A stretch of 44,498 bases of DNA, counting the filler, from Jimgerdemannia flammicorona (lineage: Eukaryota), in the NCBI GenBank assembly GCA_003990765.1. It is 2 parts of 2 records of this genome, joined end to end, with 100 filler letters (N's around TTAATTAATTAA, not from the genome) between each part and the next. Parts side by side here need not be neighbours in the genome. Positions count along the whole stretch, not along the records: positions 22,302 to 44,498 come from RBNJ01001321.1; 1 more part is not named here. The stretch is one strand, 5' to 3'. Shown piece after piece: positions 25,501-38,440 of this stretch. The notes beneath the pieces were generated by a model. The model did no database searches. It was not told the DNA's origin and worked only from the letters and a program-made list of their open reading frames with translations. The position numbers and the translations under genes are program-made. Position 1 is the first letter of the stretch. Every line of letters starts with the position of its first letter.

Positions 25501-28500
25501 AAAGGTAGTTTTCTTGATATCTTATACATAGAAGAGTTCTTCTCATTTGGGCTCCAGTTTTTATAATCATGAGGCTTCTATCATATTTTGATACAGTAGG
25601 ACCTTTTCTCCAATTTGGATGAGTTCTAGGGTCTTGTGATTCTTTTCTACATTCTTCCTTGTCAGCACTTGTAACTTGATAATGTAATCTTCAGCCTTCT
25701 TCCTGATTTGGTATAGTCTCTGGATTTCTGCATCGACCTGTCTCCAAGTTAGATCTAGATTTGTGACTAAGGTTCCATCAGAATCTTCTTCTCTGAAGAG
25801 CAGTTCTCTTGGAGTAAAGTGTGTGTTCTGTAACCATATATCCTGTAGGACAGAGAGGGCAGTTGAGAGGTAGTTATCCTATTCTTATATATATCTGAGA
25901 TCTTTGTCAGTGTGTTTTTGAGGATTTTATTAGTTCTCTATCTGTCTATTTTCTTAAGAGTGGTATACAGTGGTCTTGATGTACTAGATCTTATATTTCT
26001 GATATATTATCTCATGGAATCTATTGACAAATTCTGTACTATGGTCTGTAGTGATTTGCCTTAGTGTCTTGTAGTGTCAGATGATTTCTCAGTATAGGAA
26101 GTTAGCTATAGAGGGCATTGGCTTCTTGTAATACTCCTACTTCTATCCATTTGGTAAAGAGGTCTACAATAACTATAATATAGCAGTTTCCTGATAGTAT
26201 TACTGGTAGTGGCCCAATGATATCTATTGCAATGTGGTAGAGGGGATAGACTCAATTCTTGATGACCCAGATATCTGATCTTACTGATCTTATTTCTGTT
26301 TTTGGCACTTATCACACCCTTTGACAAATTGGTACAGGTCTTCTTCTATCTTGGGCCACCATATAGTTCTTCTTACCTTGTTGTATGTATTGGTTCCTCT
26401 TAGGTATCCTTGCTTATATACTTTCTTTATTACTTGATACTTCTTGTATTCAAATATTACTAGCTTTCCTCCTTTTCTAAGTGTAGTGTTGTTTAGTTCA
26501 AACTGTTTCCAAGTCTAGTTGATGATGGTAATTATCCAGGGTTTGAGGTGGTTGAACATTGTTCACTGCCTAAGATAGCTGATTAATCCATAGTATAACT
26601 CCTTATTTATATTGAATAGTCTTGATGGGGATATTTTGAGGTGTCCTTGAGAGTACATCAGCATTAGTGTTGGTTCTTCCTAAGTAGTACTTGACAGTAC
26701 AGTCATACTCTTGTAACCTGTAAATCCATTAGACATATATTCTTTTGGGGTTCAGAGTGTGGAATAGCCAGACAAGAGCAGAATGGTCTGTTTGAATGGT
26801 GAAGTATTTCCTGGCTAGATAGTAGTGGAACTTGTCTACTATCCAAACTACTGCTAAGCATTTGAGCTTGCATAACTTATAGTTCTGTTCTGCTCTATAG
26901 GTATCTTAGCTTGTATAGGAGATGATATATTCATATCCATCTTTCTTCTAAGCTAGGACTGCTCCAAGTCCTATAGTACTTGCATATGTCTGCAGGATAA
27001 ATTCTAGGTTACAATCTAGTCTTCTGAGGATAGGTGCTTGGGTCAACCTAGTCTTGAGTTCATTGAAGATTTCTTGGTATTCTTTGGTCTATTTGAATTT
27101 GGTCTCCTTCTTCAGTAGCTTGTAGATAGATACAGTAATATTAGAGTATCCTTTAATGAATCTTCTATAGTAGGAGACCAGTCCAAGGAAGATATGGACT
27201 TCTGTAGTTGTTCTGGATCTCAGGTAGACTGCAACAGCCTCAATCTTTATAGAGTCTGTGTGGATTCCAGTCTGGTTGATGAGGTGTTCTAGGTAGGCAA
27301 TTTCCTGAGCTATAAACTTGTATTTCTTGGGCTTGATGTAGAGGCCATACTCCTTGAGCTTCTTGAGAGCTAGCTGTATGTAATTGTCATATTTCCATAT
27401 AGTATTGCTGAAGATGATCACATCATCAACATAGACAAAGAGCCATTTTCCAATCTTATTGCTAAAGACTCTATTTATTATTCACTGAAAACTTACTGGG
27501 GTATTGTACATTCCAAATAGCATTCACAGGTAGATATAGGTAGTATCAGATATGATGAAGGCTGATTTCTCACTGGTATCTTGAGTGAGATCAATCTGAT
27601 GGAAGTCTGAGAACAGATTCAAGGTGGTGTAGTATTTGGCTTCACTTCCAAGAGTGGTAAGGATTTTTTGAATATTTGGTAAGGGCTGCTTATCCTTCTT
27701 AGTAATTGCATTAAGCTTCCTATAGTCAATATAGAGGCTTAGTGCAAACTCTCCAGGCTTACTTTCTTTCTTTAGGGTAAGGACAATGGGTGAAGCCCAG
27801 AGACTGATAGCTTGCTTGATGATTCCAGCTTCTTCTATTTCCTTGAGTTCTGCTTGCAGCCATTCTCTATAGACAGGTGGTATAGATCTGACTTTCTGGT
27901 AGATAGGTTTGGTGTCACTAGTGTCAACTTCATAGTAGTACTTGGGTTCTTGATTATGGATATCTCTGAAGTCTGTAGCAAGTACTCCTTCATTCTGATG
28001 CAGGATCTTGAGAAGTTATTCTTCCAGAGGAGAGTTTTCTTCAATGGTATATGTGTGCTTGTTCTGGTCCTTGTCTTTCTTGTACTCAAGTTCAGTAATC
28101 TTGGTGGTGGCATAGGCTCCTCTTCCAGTAGATCCAAAACCTTATTCTCCTCTCTTAGTCTTGATGAGTTTGATGGCTTCAGTGATCTTAGGCTTCTTGA
28201 TTTCATGGATCAGTATCTGGCCAATCCTGTCATACTTCTTGACTTCAAATGGGGTGGTGGGGTTGTGATTCCTGACTATGAGGAAGATCTCACTAATATA
28301 ATCAGAGTCAATTACTTCTCCTTCAACTAAGATTTTGCTTTTGGCCAGACTGCTCCTGATCTTGATAATTCTAGTATGGTTCTCTAGCAACTTGACTCCA
28401 ATTCTAGTACCAAGTAGGGTGGTGGTCTGTAGTTTGAGAGTAGTATCTTGAATGCTGGCAAGGTCCATTCCTATGGCTCCTTCAGTCTTGTATTCTGGGA

Positions 28501-28551
28501 TCTTGACTTTGGGGTGGAACTTCTTAATCTTAAGAGTGATATCTGGTTCTT
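25501..28551 (-). mobile_element. Decayed Gypsy pol (copy B): dUTPase-RT-RNaseH-integrase
   Basis: RT motifs LCIDYRKLN-like, LNLFSDFHQI and FVYVDDVIIF (~27415-27440); FLGLVSYYRRFI; integrase with KLEPKW. Colinear with 40620-43683. Confidence 0.93.
28124..28550 (-). pseudogene. dut: dUTPase domain of Gypsy copy B
   Basis: Motifs GMDL, RSSLA, VIDSDY.SEI, DRIGQ and RGE*GFGST. Confidence 0.9.
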
Positions 28552-31500
28552 TTTTTTTTTTTTTTTTTTTTTATAGTCACTTGGACTCCATCTTTATTAC
28601 TAGTCTATGAATAAGTATATAGTATCATTACCCACTACTCAATCCCCATAGGAGAGCCCCTCCCCACCTCCTCATGAATAAAGATCACCCTCTCACCCAC
28701 TACTCCAACTTTCCCCCACTCTGTCTACAGATTTTCTCCACCAAGTAGTACCTCTGACCACCCTGCAACCTCCAACCAAGCCACCAGCCTGTCAAGGTGT
28801 CTTCCATAAGACTATGCTACTGCAACAACTGGTCCCCCAAGCCCTGTCACCTCCCATCCTCAAAAACAAATAGCCAGTGACTGGCCAGCCCCACCCAAAT
28901 AACCAAAGCCCAGCCTAAGGTAAGCCACTCCTTTTCTACCCCTCCTACCAATCAATCCCTCAAGTCCTCCCACTGCCCCCACACTTCATCTCCCTTACAC
29001 CTTACCCCTAAGTGATCCCCAATGGTCTGCCAAAAGTCCCCCAGCACCTCATATTCTCCTAGCCAATGTTCTGGCATCTGTATATAACTTCCTTCCTGTC
29101 CTACATTATGGCACTCCTTACAGTCAAAGCAGCCCCCTATGATAAGATGATCTGAGTGGAAGTTGAGTATTACATTCCTCCTCAGTATATGCCACCAGAC
29201 CACCCAGTACTTCAACAACATCCACTTTCTCACTGTGGTACTCTAGATCCAAACACCATACCAGTTCTACTCTTCTCCAATTCCAACTCCTTATCAACTA
29301 CTAGGCCACAGATCCTGGCCTAGACCCTATTGGTATTCCATTCTATCACCAATGTCAAACTCAATTAAAGGAATACAACCCAGCAGTATTTGATCCCATC
29401 TCCACATTACCGGGTCCCAAGCTATCTCTCCATTATTTCCCTACTAATGAATTTCAATATAGTGCACCCCCTTTGCTATCCTCTACCAAAATCCTTTATA
29501 TCACAATTGTTCAGTATTTCAAAGTCCAACCAATACAAGGAGATCACCAGTTGAGCCTCTTAGTGATGACCACCTCTCCCAGACCTTCTGCAGCAGGGGA
29601 ACTCAACTACCTCCTCTCAACTCTACCACTCTCTTTAGCCACCATGCTCTCAAGCAGTGTAGCTGTTTTGGAAAGTTAACCAGCCCAAGGTCTCCCAACT
29701 GATCTGACTCCTTCTGCCAGCCCAGATCCATCTCTTTGTCAGCTTCATCAATCACTTCACTACTTAGGCTGGGAAGTCCAGATAATAAGTCAGATACCAC
29801 AACTTTGGCAGCTAATAGATATTCAAAATCGAAACACATCCTGCCAGAGAAAGATGTCTTCCCCCCCAACCCCACAGGGCCTCCTCCCAGATTCCAATCC
29901 TCTGCTCCCACCAAAGCCTGGGTAGAACTGACCCATAGACTGACAGATAGATGCCCAAGTACTATACTGTCTCACCAGTGGGGACAATTGTTCCTATAAC
30001 CTCTCCTCCTACCAGGCCATTGCCTAGCACCATTGTTTCACACTTGTATCAATTAAGCTTAGCCCCAGAGTTCTCCTCATACCACTCTACTGTCTTCTTG
30101 AGCTCCTCGACATCAGCAATTGATCTCAAGCCAACCACTATGTTATCTGCAAAGGCCCCAACTTTCCACCCAATTTCAAAAACAGAGAGCTCCACTATCC
30201 TCTGCCTAATTCTGTCCATAAGGGGTTCCAGGGAAAGAGCATACAAAATGGGGAACAGTGGGTCCCCCTGGGGCACCCCCCTACCCAGGGGGAATACTAT
30301 CCCTCTATGTCCATTACACATGAGTGCAGCTCTACTCCCTTCTGGTAGGCTGACTATTGCTGACCAGAATCAGCATAAAACCCCAGTTCTATCTAATACT
30401 TTCACCAGCCAAACTTGTCACATCTGGTTGTAAGCCTTCTCCTGGTCCAAGAAGACTAGTTGCCCATCCAGTCCACAGGTCCTTACCTCTTCAATAACTC
30501 CATATACCTAGGCTGTGCTATCCCTAATGAGCCAACTACTCACAAATCTCCTCTGCTCAACACCCATGACTTGCTGGGCCACCTTCTGTAGCCTTACAAC
30601 TACTACCTTAGTTACTAACTTTCTGTCTATATCCAACAACATTATTGGCCACCAGTTCTTCCAATCCTCTCACCTTCCTTTATTCTTATAAAGTAGTATT
30701 GCCAGTCCAAGATCCTGCTCCCCCACCCATCTCCCTGTCTATAGAATAAATCACACAATGCTGTCATCTCTCCCATCACTCTTGGGACTCCCACCATTCA
30801 CTTCCAGAAGTCCCAGGGCAGACCATCCTCCCCAGGGTACCATGCCTGGTGTCATCACAGCAAGAATCTGGTGGATCTCATCCTCCTGCACAGGCAACAC
30901 CAAGTCACCTAGCCTCTCTACTTGTGGTGGGTACCAATTCTCCAATGTTTGGTCAATGGCAGCAGCATCCACCCCACCCTCCTCCTCACTCCACAATCCA
31001 CTCCATCGCTCCTTCAATGATCTAAGAATATCCTGTACACCATGTACTAGTACACCATCAGAGTTAAGTACCCCTTCCCACTATTGCTATATCCTTCTTA
31101 CCTGAAGGGCCCTCATAAGAAATTTGGAAGGCCTCTCCCCTTCCTCCAGATCCTGCCAACAAAGCCATGCTACCAAGCTTTGTACCCTTACTTCTTCCTC
31201 TTCCCACAGCACCTGTTGTAGTTCCCCAACCTCTATCTTTGCTCTCATTAATCTCCAGTCTTCTCCCCCCTCCAACATCACTAGTCTCGCCTACTCCTCC
31301 AAGAGTCTAGCCAATCTAATAGAAGCCCAACTCACTCTTTGCCTTCTCTGCTTCTCTGCCTCCTTGCCAGCCTCACTCCAGTAGATCTTGGCCATCTCTT
31401 TCATCCTCATCCACTGAATACCAACTGAGGCACCTTCCTGCCACCAGTTCTCCACCCTCAGCTAAATGTTCTTAGTCTACTCAACCCACCAGGCCCTATT

Positions 31501-34368
31501 ATCTAATAAAGAGGAATTTAGGCACCAATATCCAGGCCCATCCCAAAGTGCCCCTGTCCCAAAAGCCCCCAGTAATCTGACCATAGACACCATTCCACCT
31601 CCAGTGACTTCCAAACATCTAGACTCTAGCAACTGGCCATCAGAATTCAGTCAATTCTTGTCCCCAGGCCCCCTGCCCAATGCATATAAACCCTTCTATC
31701 CCCCCAGTACTCCCTACCAGCATCTACCAGTGTACCTAGTCTTTCTACTTCCTTCCATACCACCAGCCCTCCACTTCTGCTCTCAACATCTTGTCCCATC
31801 TGTTCTATCTATCAGTATATCCTGAACCATATTGAAATCTCCTCCAAGTATATCCACTCCAGCCTCTGTAAGGATCCAACTCTCCTGGAGACCCTTTACC
31901 CAATCTATACACTCACTCTATATAGCAGAGCAGTAACAGGAGCCAACTATAACTGGCTCTTAGCCAGCATGAATCCACTCACCCCAGACCAGTCTTTCCC
32001 CCCAACTTCTCATATCCCTTATCTCTCCTCTGCCTTTCTGAACCAGAATCCCAACCTTGCCCTTCCAAATCACCACACCTCCCCATTCCTTCATCCATTC
32101 CATCCTATTGGAGTCATTCTCACACCTGATATTCTGTAAGAGGAAGAGATCAGCCTTCAATCCCTTCAGCCAAGTAAAAATGTTCCTACATCTAGCAGTG
32201 TCCCATAACCTATTCACGTTCAAAGAAAAAATATTGGTTGTACTATTCATAGTAAAATATGTTATGTTATCAGTCAATTCCTACTGCTCTATATTCATTT
32301 CCTCCTGTGCTATGTCCAGATTATATTCCACAGTCACCTCCTCCTCTTCAGCCCTCTGAGCCTCCAATCCAGCCAACAGTTCATTCATCTCCCCATCTGC
32401 CTTTTCCTCAAACTCCTCTCAGTACTCTAGGCAGGCCTCCTGCTAGAGCTGCAATCCATGATGCTTGTTCCAGCAGTATTCAGCCCTCTCTCCAGCAATA
32501 ACTACTAGCTCTGCCTCCCACTCCTTATCTACCTTATATCCTTCCTCCTCTAGATATACCACAAGAATTTCCACCTTCAATGCTCTCATCACTCTATCCC
32601 TCTACAGTATCCATGCCCAATGCTCATCACTCATCACTCTCAAGTCCACCTCCCCCAATTCTTCTGCTGTTAGATTGTTTATCATCTGGTACATCCAAAG
32701 TAGGTTCCCCACCTCCTTCCCTCTAGGAGTCACCAGCCTCTCTCCATCCATCATTGTGGTATCAGCCCCAGTACTTGCAGACTTATCTCATACCTCTGAG
32801 ACATCCACCAGTTCCTTCTCTCTGGCTGCCACCACTTGTCCCCTGTTTGCTACCTCCGGAACTCTGAATTTCACCTACTAGGCCCCCCACATTGGCACAT
32901 CCTCCACTACTCTGTTTTGAGAAGCTGGGCCTCACCTGATAAGAAGAGTAGGGGTAGGGGAGTCCTCTCAGTCCACCTTCCAAACCTCCAATATACCATC
33001 AGTATATGGGTCATTACTAGTCACCTCCTTATCCTCCCCTGTCTCCTTCTTGGCCTTCCCACCCCCCTCACTGGCCCAGACACTCACTTTGGCCCCCCCT
33101 GTGCTCTTCTTCTTGCTTGTATCCTCCAGTGGTCTGCCTTCCAGCTTAGCCAGCAGATCCTTCTGTCTCTTATGCCCCTGTGCTCTTTCCCACTACTCCT
33201 TATCTACTTGAATCTGCTTTCCATCCACCACCTCCAAGTAAGTCAACTCCACAAAAACCTTCCAAGCCTTTGCTCACCACTCTACAGCACTACTCAACTC
33301 TTCTAGTGCTTCCAATAAATCCTCTTCCTCCTCCTTACTTCCTTTCACCCTTGTCACTTTGTATAGGATTGCTCCCCAGATTATTACTGAAGATCAGTCC
33401 CTCACCTTTCCAGTAGCTTCTTTCTCAGCTAGCTGAATTCTTATGTCCACATCACTAGTTCTGAGTGAGGTCCCTTCCCAGACCCTGAATCCAATATCCA
33501 CTATCTCTCCATATTCTACCATGACTTCCTCAACTTGCCTTCTCATCTCTACTACCATCACCATGGGCACTCCTTTCACCAGCAATTGGACCACCCTGGA
33601 ATCTCATTTCAGGCAGCATACCATCAGAACACATACCTCCCCAACTACCAATCCAACCTTCAGTGCCTCCTCTATTAACTCAGCCTCCTCAAAACCCACT
33701 TCTACTCCCTCTAATCCCTTCAAAAACTTCACAGACATAGCTCCTGCCACCTGCTTAGTGATAAGCCCCAGTACCATTTTCACCATCACCACTAAGCCCT
33801 GGAAGCACAGTGTAACCATGAATACTGAGATTGATTTTTTGAGTAACAGGACCACTGCCAGGCCTGTCACACTATTCACCAAATCCCCTAGTCTTCTAAG
33901 CCTCAACCACTCAGCCTCTCTATCAACCATTACATCTGGATTTTTTTCCAGATTGATAGTTCTGTTACCATCAGCAGTCACACTCTCCCCAGCTGCTACT
34001 CTCCTAGCTCTACTGCCCCCTCTTCCAAGGGCTACTCCCCCATACACTGCTGCCTTCTCAGTCTCCTTGCCCTTCCTCAGCCAGTCTTCTAGCCCTGATG
34101 TCTGCTGTCTTCCCTTCACTATCTCTACAAAGCTCACCCTCTCAGACCCTTGGCCTTTACTACTACCTCTACCCCTTCCATGTCTACCTGCCAGCAGCCC
34201 CCTCATGCCCCCCCCCCAGGCCCAGGCCTCTCCCCACCTGCTGTCAGTCGAAAGTGCTTGAGCCACTCTACCCAGTATATATCTCAGATTGCCTATTAGT
34301 CACTATGTTGTTAGTCTCTTTTCTTCAAAAATGATATTGTAAGTACTTTCCAAAGGTTGTGTAATCTG
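28552..34368 (-). mobile_element. Full-length decayed LINE (LINE-C, 5.8 kb) inserted in Gypsy copy B
   Basis: Poly(T) at 28550-28572. Perfect 16-bp TSD GTGATATCTGGTTCTT (28536-28551, 34369-34384). APE MNSTTNIFSLNVN at 32250; RT GVPQGDPL, AFADN; C-terminal CKEC...H. Confidence 0.93.
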
Positions 34369-34903
34369 GTGATATCTGGTTCTTATTCCTCTTTATCATC
34401 ACTATCAGCTTGAAGCTCTGGGAGCTGGTCATCTTCTTTAGCTTTCCTTTTTACTTCAGCAGCTTCTTACTCATGCTTCTGTTGGTAGATTTTCCTGACT
34501 TTATTAATATAGGACCAGTAGACATTTAGGTATTTAGAGCAGTACATCCTAGTATCATGGGGGCATATTCCTTAAGGGGCATAGCTATTGATGATCTTGT
34601 TGTACTACTGCTCATCTGTGAGCTTTGGTGTCTTGTTCTTATTCTTATTCACTAAGTACATAAAGACTTCTATATCCTTCTCATCTCCTTTCTTCATGTC
34701 TGGTAGAACTCTTTTGTGAACATTGATAGAGACTTGTACCTTTCTTCCTCTATAGTTAATCTACATCTTCTGGGCATTGAGGTCAATGATGGTCTTGGTC
34801 TTGTGAAGCCATTAATTGCTAATGAGGATATCATAGTTGGTGATACTTATAACAATTATATCTACTGGGATGGTGGCTTCTCTTATCTTGATGGAGACTT
34901 CTC
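34369..34903 (-). mobile_element. Gypsy copy B upstream remnant (protease C-terminus and linker)
   Basis: Reverse complement is colinear with 40088-40630. Confidence 0.85.
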
Positions 34904-35681
34904 ATATTATTAATATACTGAATTCAAATATTAAAGCAATGATATTTTGTCTAAAGAAGGCTATTTAAGTATATTTTCTACTCATAATAAATTATAATTT
35001 ATTTATTAAATAGATTAGTTATAGTTTGAAATTATATAAATTACTAGAGTATTAAATATATATAAAAATAATAGGAGAATAAATAGATATTGTACAGAAA
35101 AGACTAATATTAGGTAACTAGAAGTATATAGTATCCTCTAGTAAAACAAAAATCAATTATTTTGGATTCTGCATATGACATCTGCCTTATTTGGTCATCT
35201 TTGAATTGATATCATATGACTTTTTCACATTGAAAATGCTGTGAAACTACTTTAAACTGACTGTAAAACTACTGCAAATACTCAAATAATATATTATTAT
35301 AATTTCAAATATCTAAGATACTATAAAATTGAATCAAAGATATGAAATATCACTTAATGCAAGTCATATAACATTGATTGACGTAAAATTCAAAGATGAC
35401 GGAAAAAGGCAGATGTCATATGCAGAATTCTTTTTGTTTTATTAGAGGATACTATATACTTCTAGTTACCTAATATCTGTCTTTTCTGTACAGTATTTAT
35501 TTATTCTCCTATTATTCTTATATATATATTTAATACTCTAGTAATTTATATAATTTCAAACTATAACTAATCTATTTAATAAATAAATTATAATTTATTA
35601 TAAGTAGAAAGTATAATTAAATAGCCTTCTTTAGACAAAATATCATTGCTTTAATGTTTTAATTCAGTATATTAATAATAT
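34904..35681. repeat. Foldback/MITE-like inverted repeat, arms ~300 bp
   Basis: 34904-~35210 is the near-perfect reverse complement of ~35380-35681. Confidence 0.85.
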
Positions 35682-35846
35682 ATTATATATATTTATATAT
35701 ATTTAAAAAGAGTTTTTTTATTATTTTTTTAAAAGATAAAATAAATAAGATTATAGAGAAATATTAAAAGAATAATTATAATAAGTTTTAAATATATATA
35801 TCAATTTATTGTCTATCTATTAAATAAAGAATATTTATAAATAATT

Positions 35847-36061
35847 TGGTTCCAAAACTGAACCAATAAATTTTTTTTTTTAGATTTTTTTTTAAAGATA
35901 AAATAAAAATTTAAAAATAATAAATTTAATATTTTTAAATATCTCTAATATAAAACTATAATATATTATAATATAAAATATATTTATTTAGAGTATTTTT
36001 ATTTAAATAATTAAAATATAAAATTTAATAAAACATTAGTTCAGTTTTGGAATATACTGTA
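35847..36061. repeat. Short inverted repeat, possible Tc1/mariner-type terminus relic
   Basis: TTCCAAAACTGAACCAAT / ATTAGTTCAGTTTTGGAA, followed by TATACTG-TA. Confidence 0.35.
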
Positions 36062-36826
36062 GGAAAAGATTAGATAATAGCTACTGGTATGATATAAGGA
36101 CTATATATATATTATAGATTAGTTAATAAAGAAGCCTAGTGCTCAATAGAAAAAAAAAATTAAAAAAATTAAAGCTACTAAATAATATCAATTTAATAAA
36201 TCAGTAATACCTAGAAATAAAATAGTATTAAAAGATATCTATATATTAATTATAATGAAATTCTGTCTATTAAATTATATTTATTTAATATGAGATTAGA
36301 TTGTTGAGCTTTTTTTGAGAAGGATGGAGAATTATAATATTATGATATTACTCTTATTTTATCTGAAGTATCTGGCAAAGATTGTTATACTCTTTTCTAT
36401 AGGTCTCTAGAATATTATTATGAACAGTATCAGTACTTAATAGATATAAATTATACTTGAGAAGGTCAAAGATATCATATAATTAGTTACTTTTAATAGT
36501 TATAAATAGTTGGTTTATATATATAATCTAGTAAATAAGTTAATTTCAAAACTCTATTTAAGTATATAGCTAAATAATTTTAATTAAATAGAGTTATTGA
36601 TATAGAAGAGTCAAGTAATCACATTTTGAATTTTATTTTTTCTATATTTTTTTGGATTTTATCTAAATATCTTTCTCTTATATATTAATATATATTTAAA
36701 GTTGAACTACTATATATCTTGAACTTCTAACTATATAATATATGAGATTAGCTAAGTTAAGTAGAATCAATATTATATATATATACATATTATATAATAT
36801 GTTTATTATATCAAAATTATATATAT

Positions 36827-38421
36827 TGTAATGGTGATCTCAGAATAATGATATCAGTATAGAAGACAGTCTTTCCTTATAAGTTACCAGATTAGAGCAT
36901 AAGAAGATCATATGGCATAACTCACCCAGACTATAAGATAAGCTATAATAACCAACTGTGAGTCATTAAGACCACAAGACAGACATCTCAAAGAATATAA
37001 AAAAAGGATCAAGGAACTACAGTAGTAGCAACTTAATAAGACCCACTAATTCCAAAATAGCTCAAAGACTTACTATAAACAAAATGCCTACTACTTGTCA
37101 AATCTCAAGATTAAGAAACTACCAAAACCCCTCAGTCTAGAAAAGGATATTTCAAGACATCTAAAGAGCTATAAGGATCTATACCATAAGGACTCCTAGT
37201 GTTAACCTGGATACTGGCAACTCTTATCATTATATTCTCTACTACTATAAAATGGAAACAAGAATTACCATTACTACTGAATGCCTCCAGATATGATAAG
37301 AATATGAAATAGGAAACCTCCTCTGCTGGGAACTTCCTCAAGTTAGCCCTCAAGAGCTATAAGATACCACTTCTATGGATATATGTAAAATAAGGATAGC
37401 TAAGAAGATTTATCAAATCTTCAGACATATACTATAGTTAATCCCCAACTTGGAGTATACCAAAGTCTCAGACTTCAGAGATCTGTCAGCCCACTGTATC
37501 AATGCACTAGAAGTCATGGTGACTACAGAAGCCCAGTCTACTATTACTCTCAATAGTGATGAGGTAAAAGAGTTCTAGTATCTCATTCTCTAGAACAACT
37601 CAGATTAATTCTTACAAGAATTGATCTCAGTATTCTAAGGTCCAAGCATCTAAGTTAGACCTCTTCAAGACTCTACATTTGTCTCTTATTTTGTAGAAGA
37701 GGATTTCATAGACTGGAGAGCCTCTGATCTTTTTGCTCTCCCTGTTATCAAATGAAATGACATCATCAGCAATGATATCATTCTGTGTGATATATGCAAA
37801 ATATATGACAAAGCATATGAAATGAATGAAATATTTACAGACCTTATCTTCTTTGAGGACAGTGATAAGGACAAAACCCCCATGGTTCTAAACTTTCTGC
37901 TCTGAGTTCTTAGTGATACTGAATTCTGCTAGCATCCTTTTCCTGTATAATAGTTAATCCTTCTACTAGTATTCTGATCCTATATAACTCTGAATTCTTC
38001 TAGTATCCTTTTTCTGTACCACTAAAATTCTATCAGTACTCTGAACTTATACAACCATCTGTATCAATACTGAAATCTGTACTGACAACTGTAGTTTTCT
38101 GTATTTCAGTATTTTATTTAGTTATTGAAATTTATATTTAACTTTATATATATCTTAGTAACCATTGAATTATATTTTATATAAATATCCCTCTTATTTC
38201 CTTTGAAATAAAGTCAGTTCCTCTTAGTGTAATATATATAATTTCTTATAAGCAATCTAAAGAGATAACAAGACAGTTTAAAGATAAGAAGTTTGAGGAC
38301 TATAAGACCTTAGGAAGGTACTCTAATAAGAACTTACTTATAACAAACTTGAGTTAGTCTAAGAGATATACCTTGAAGAGAATCTAATATATTTGAAGGA
38401 CTCAGTGACTACTATGTAACA
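36827..38421 (+). repeat. 5' LTR (LTR-3), ~1.6 kb
   Basis: TGTAA...TAACA termini; TATAAATA at 38180; AATAAA at 38207; followed 3 nt later by a PBS. Confidence 0.8.
37084..37905 (+). pseudogene. Decayed LTR(U3)-encoded protein, absent from the ORF track
   Basis: Frame-intact manual translation: MPTTC...RIFQDI*RAI...I**EYEIGNLL...IAKKIYQIFRHIL*LIPNL...ELISVF*G. Confidence 0.8.
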
Positions 38422-38424
38422 ACT

Positions 38425-38440
38425 TGGTGCCCATTAGCTA
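38425..38440 (+). promoter_or_regulatory. Primer binding site (TGGTGCCC...)
   Basis: TGG start just after the LTR-terminal CA and before gag; tRNA identity not determinable. Confidence 0.65.

Noticed and set aside
29473..34334. Many plus-strand S/P/L/T-rich ORFs (e.g. 272 aa at 33443); likewise minus-strand ORFs in 1-9000
   Set aside because: Shadows of the purine-rich LINE coding strand.
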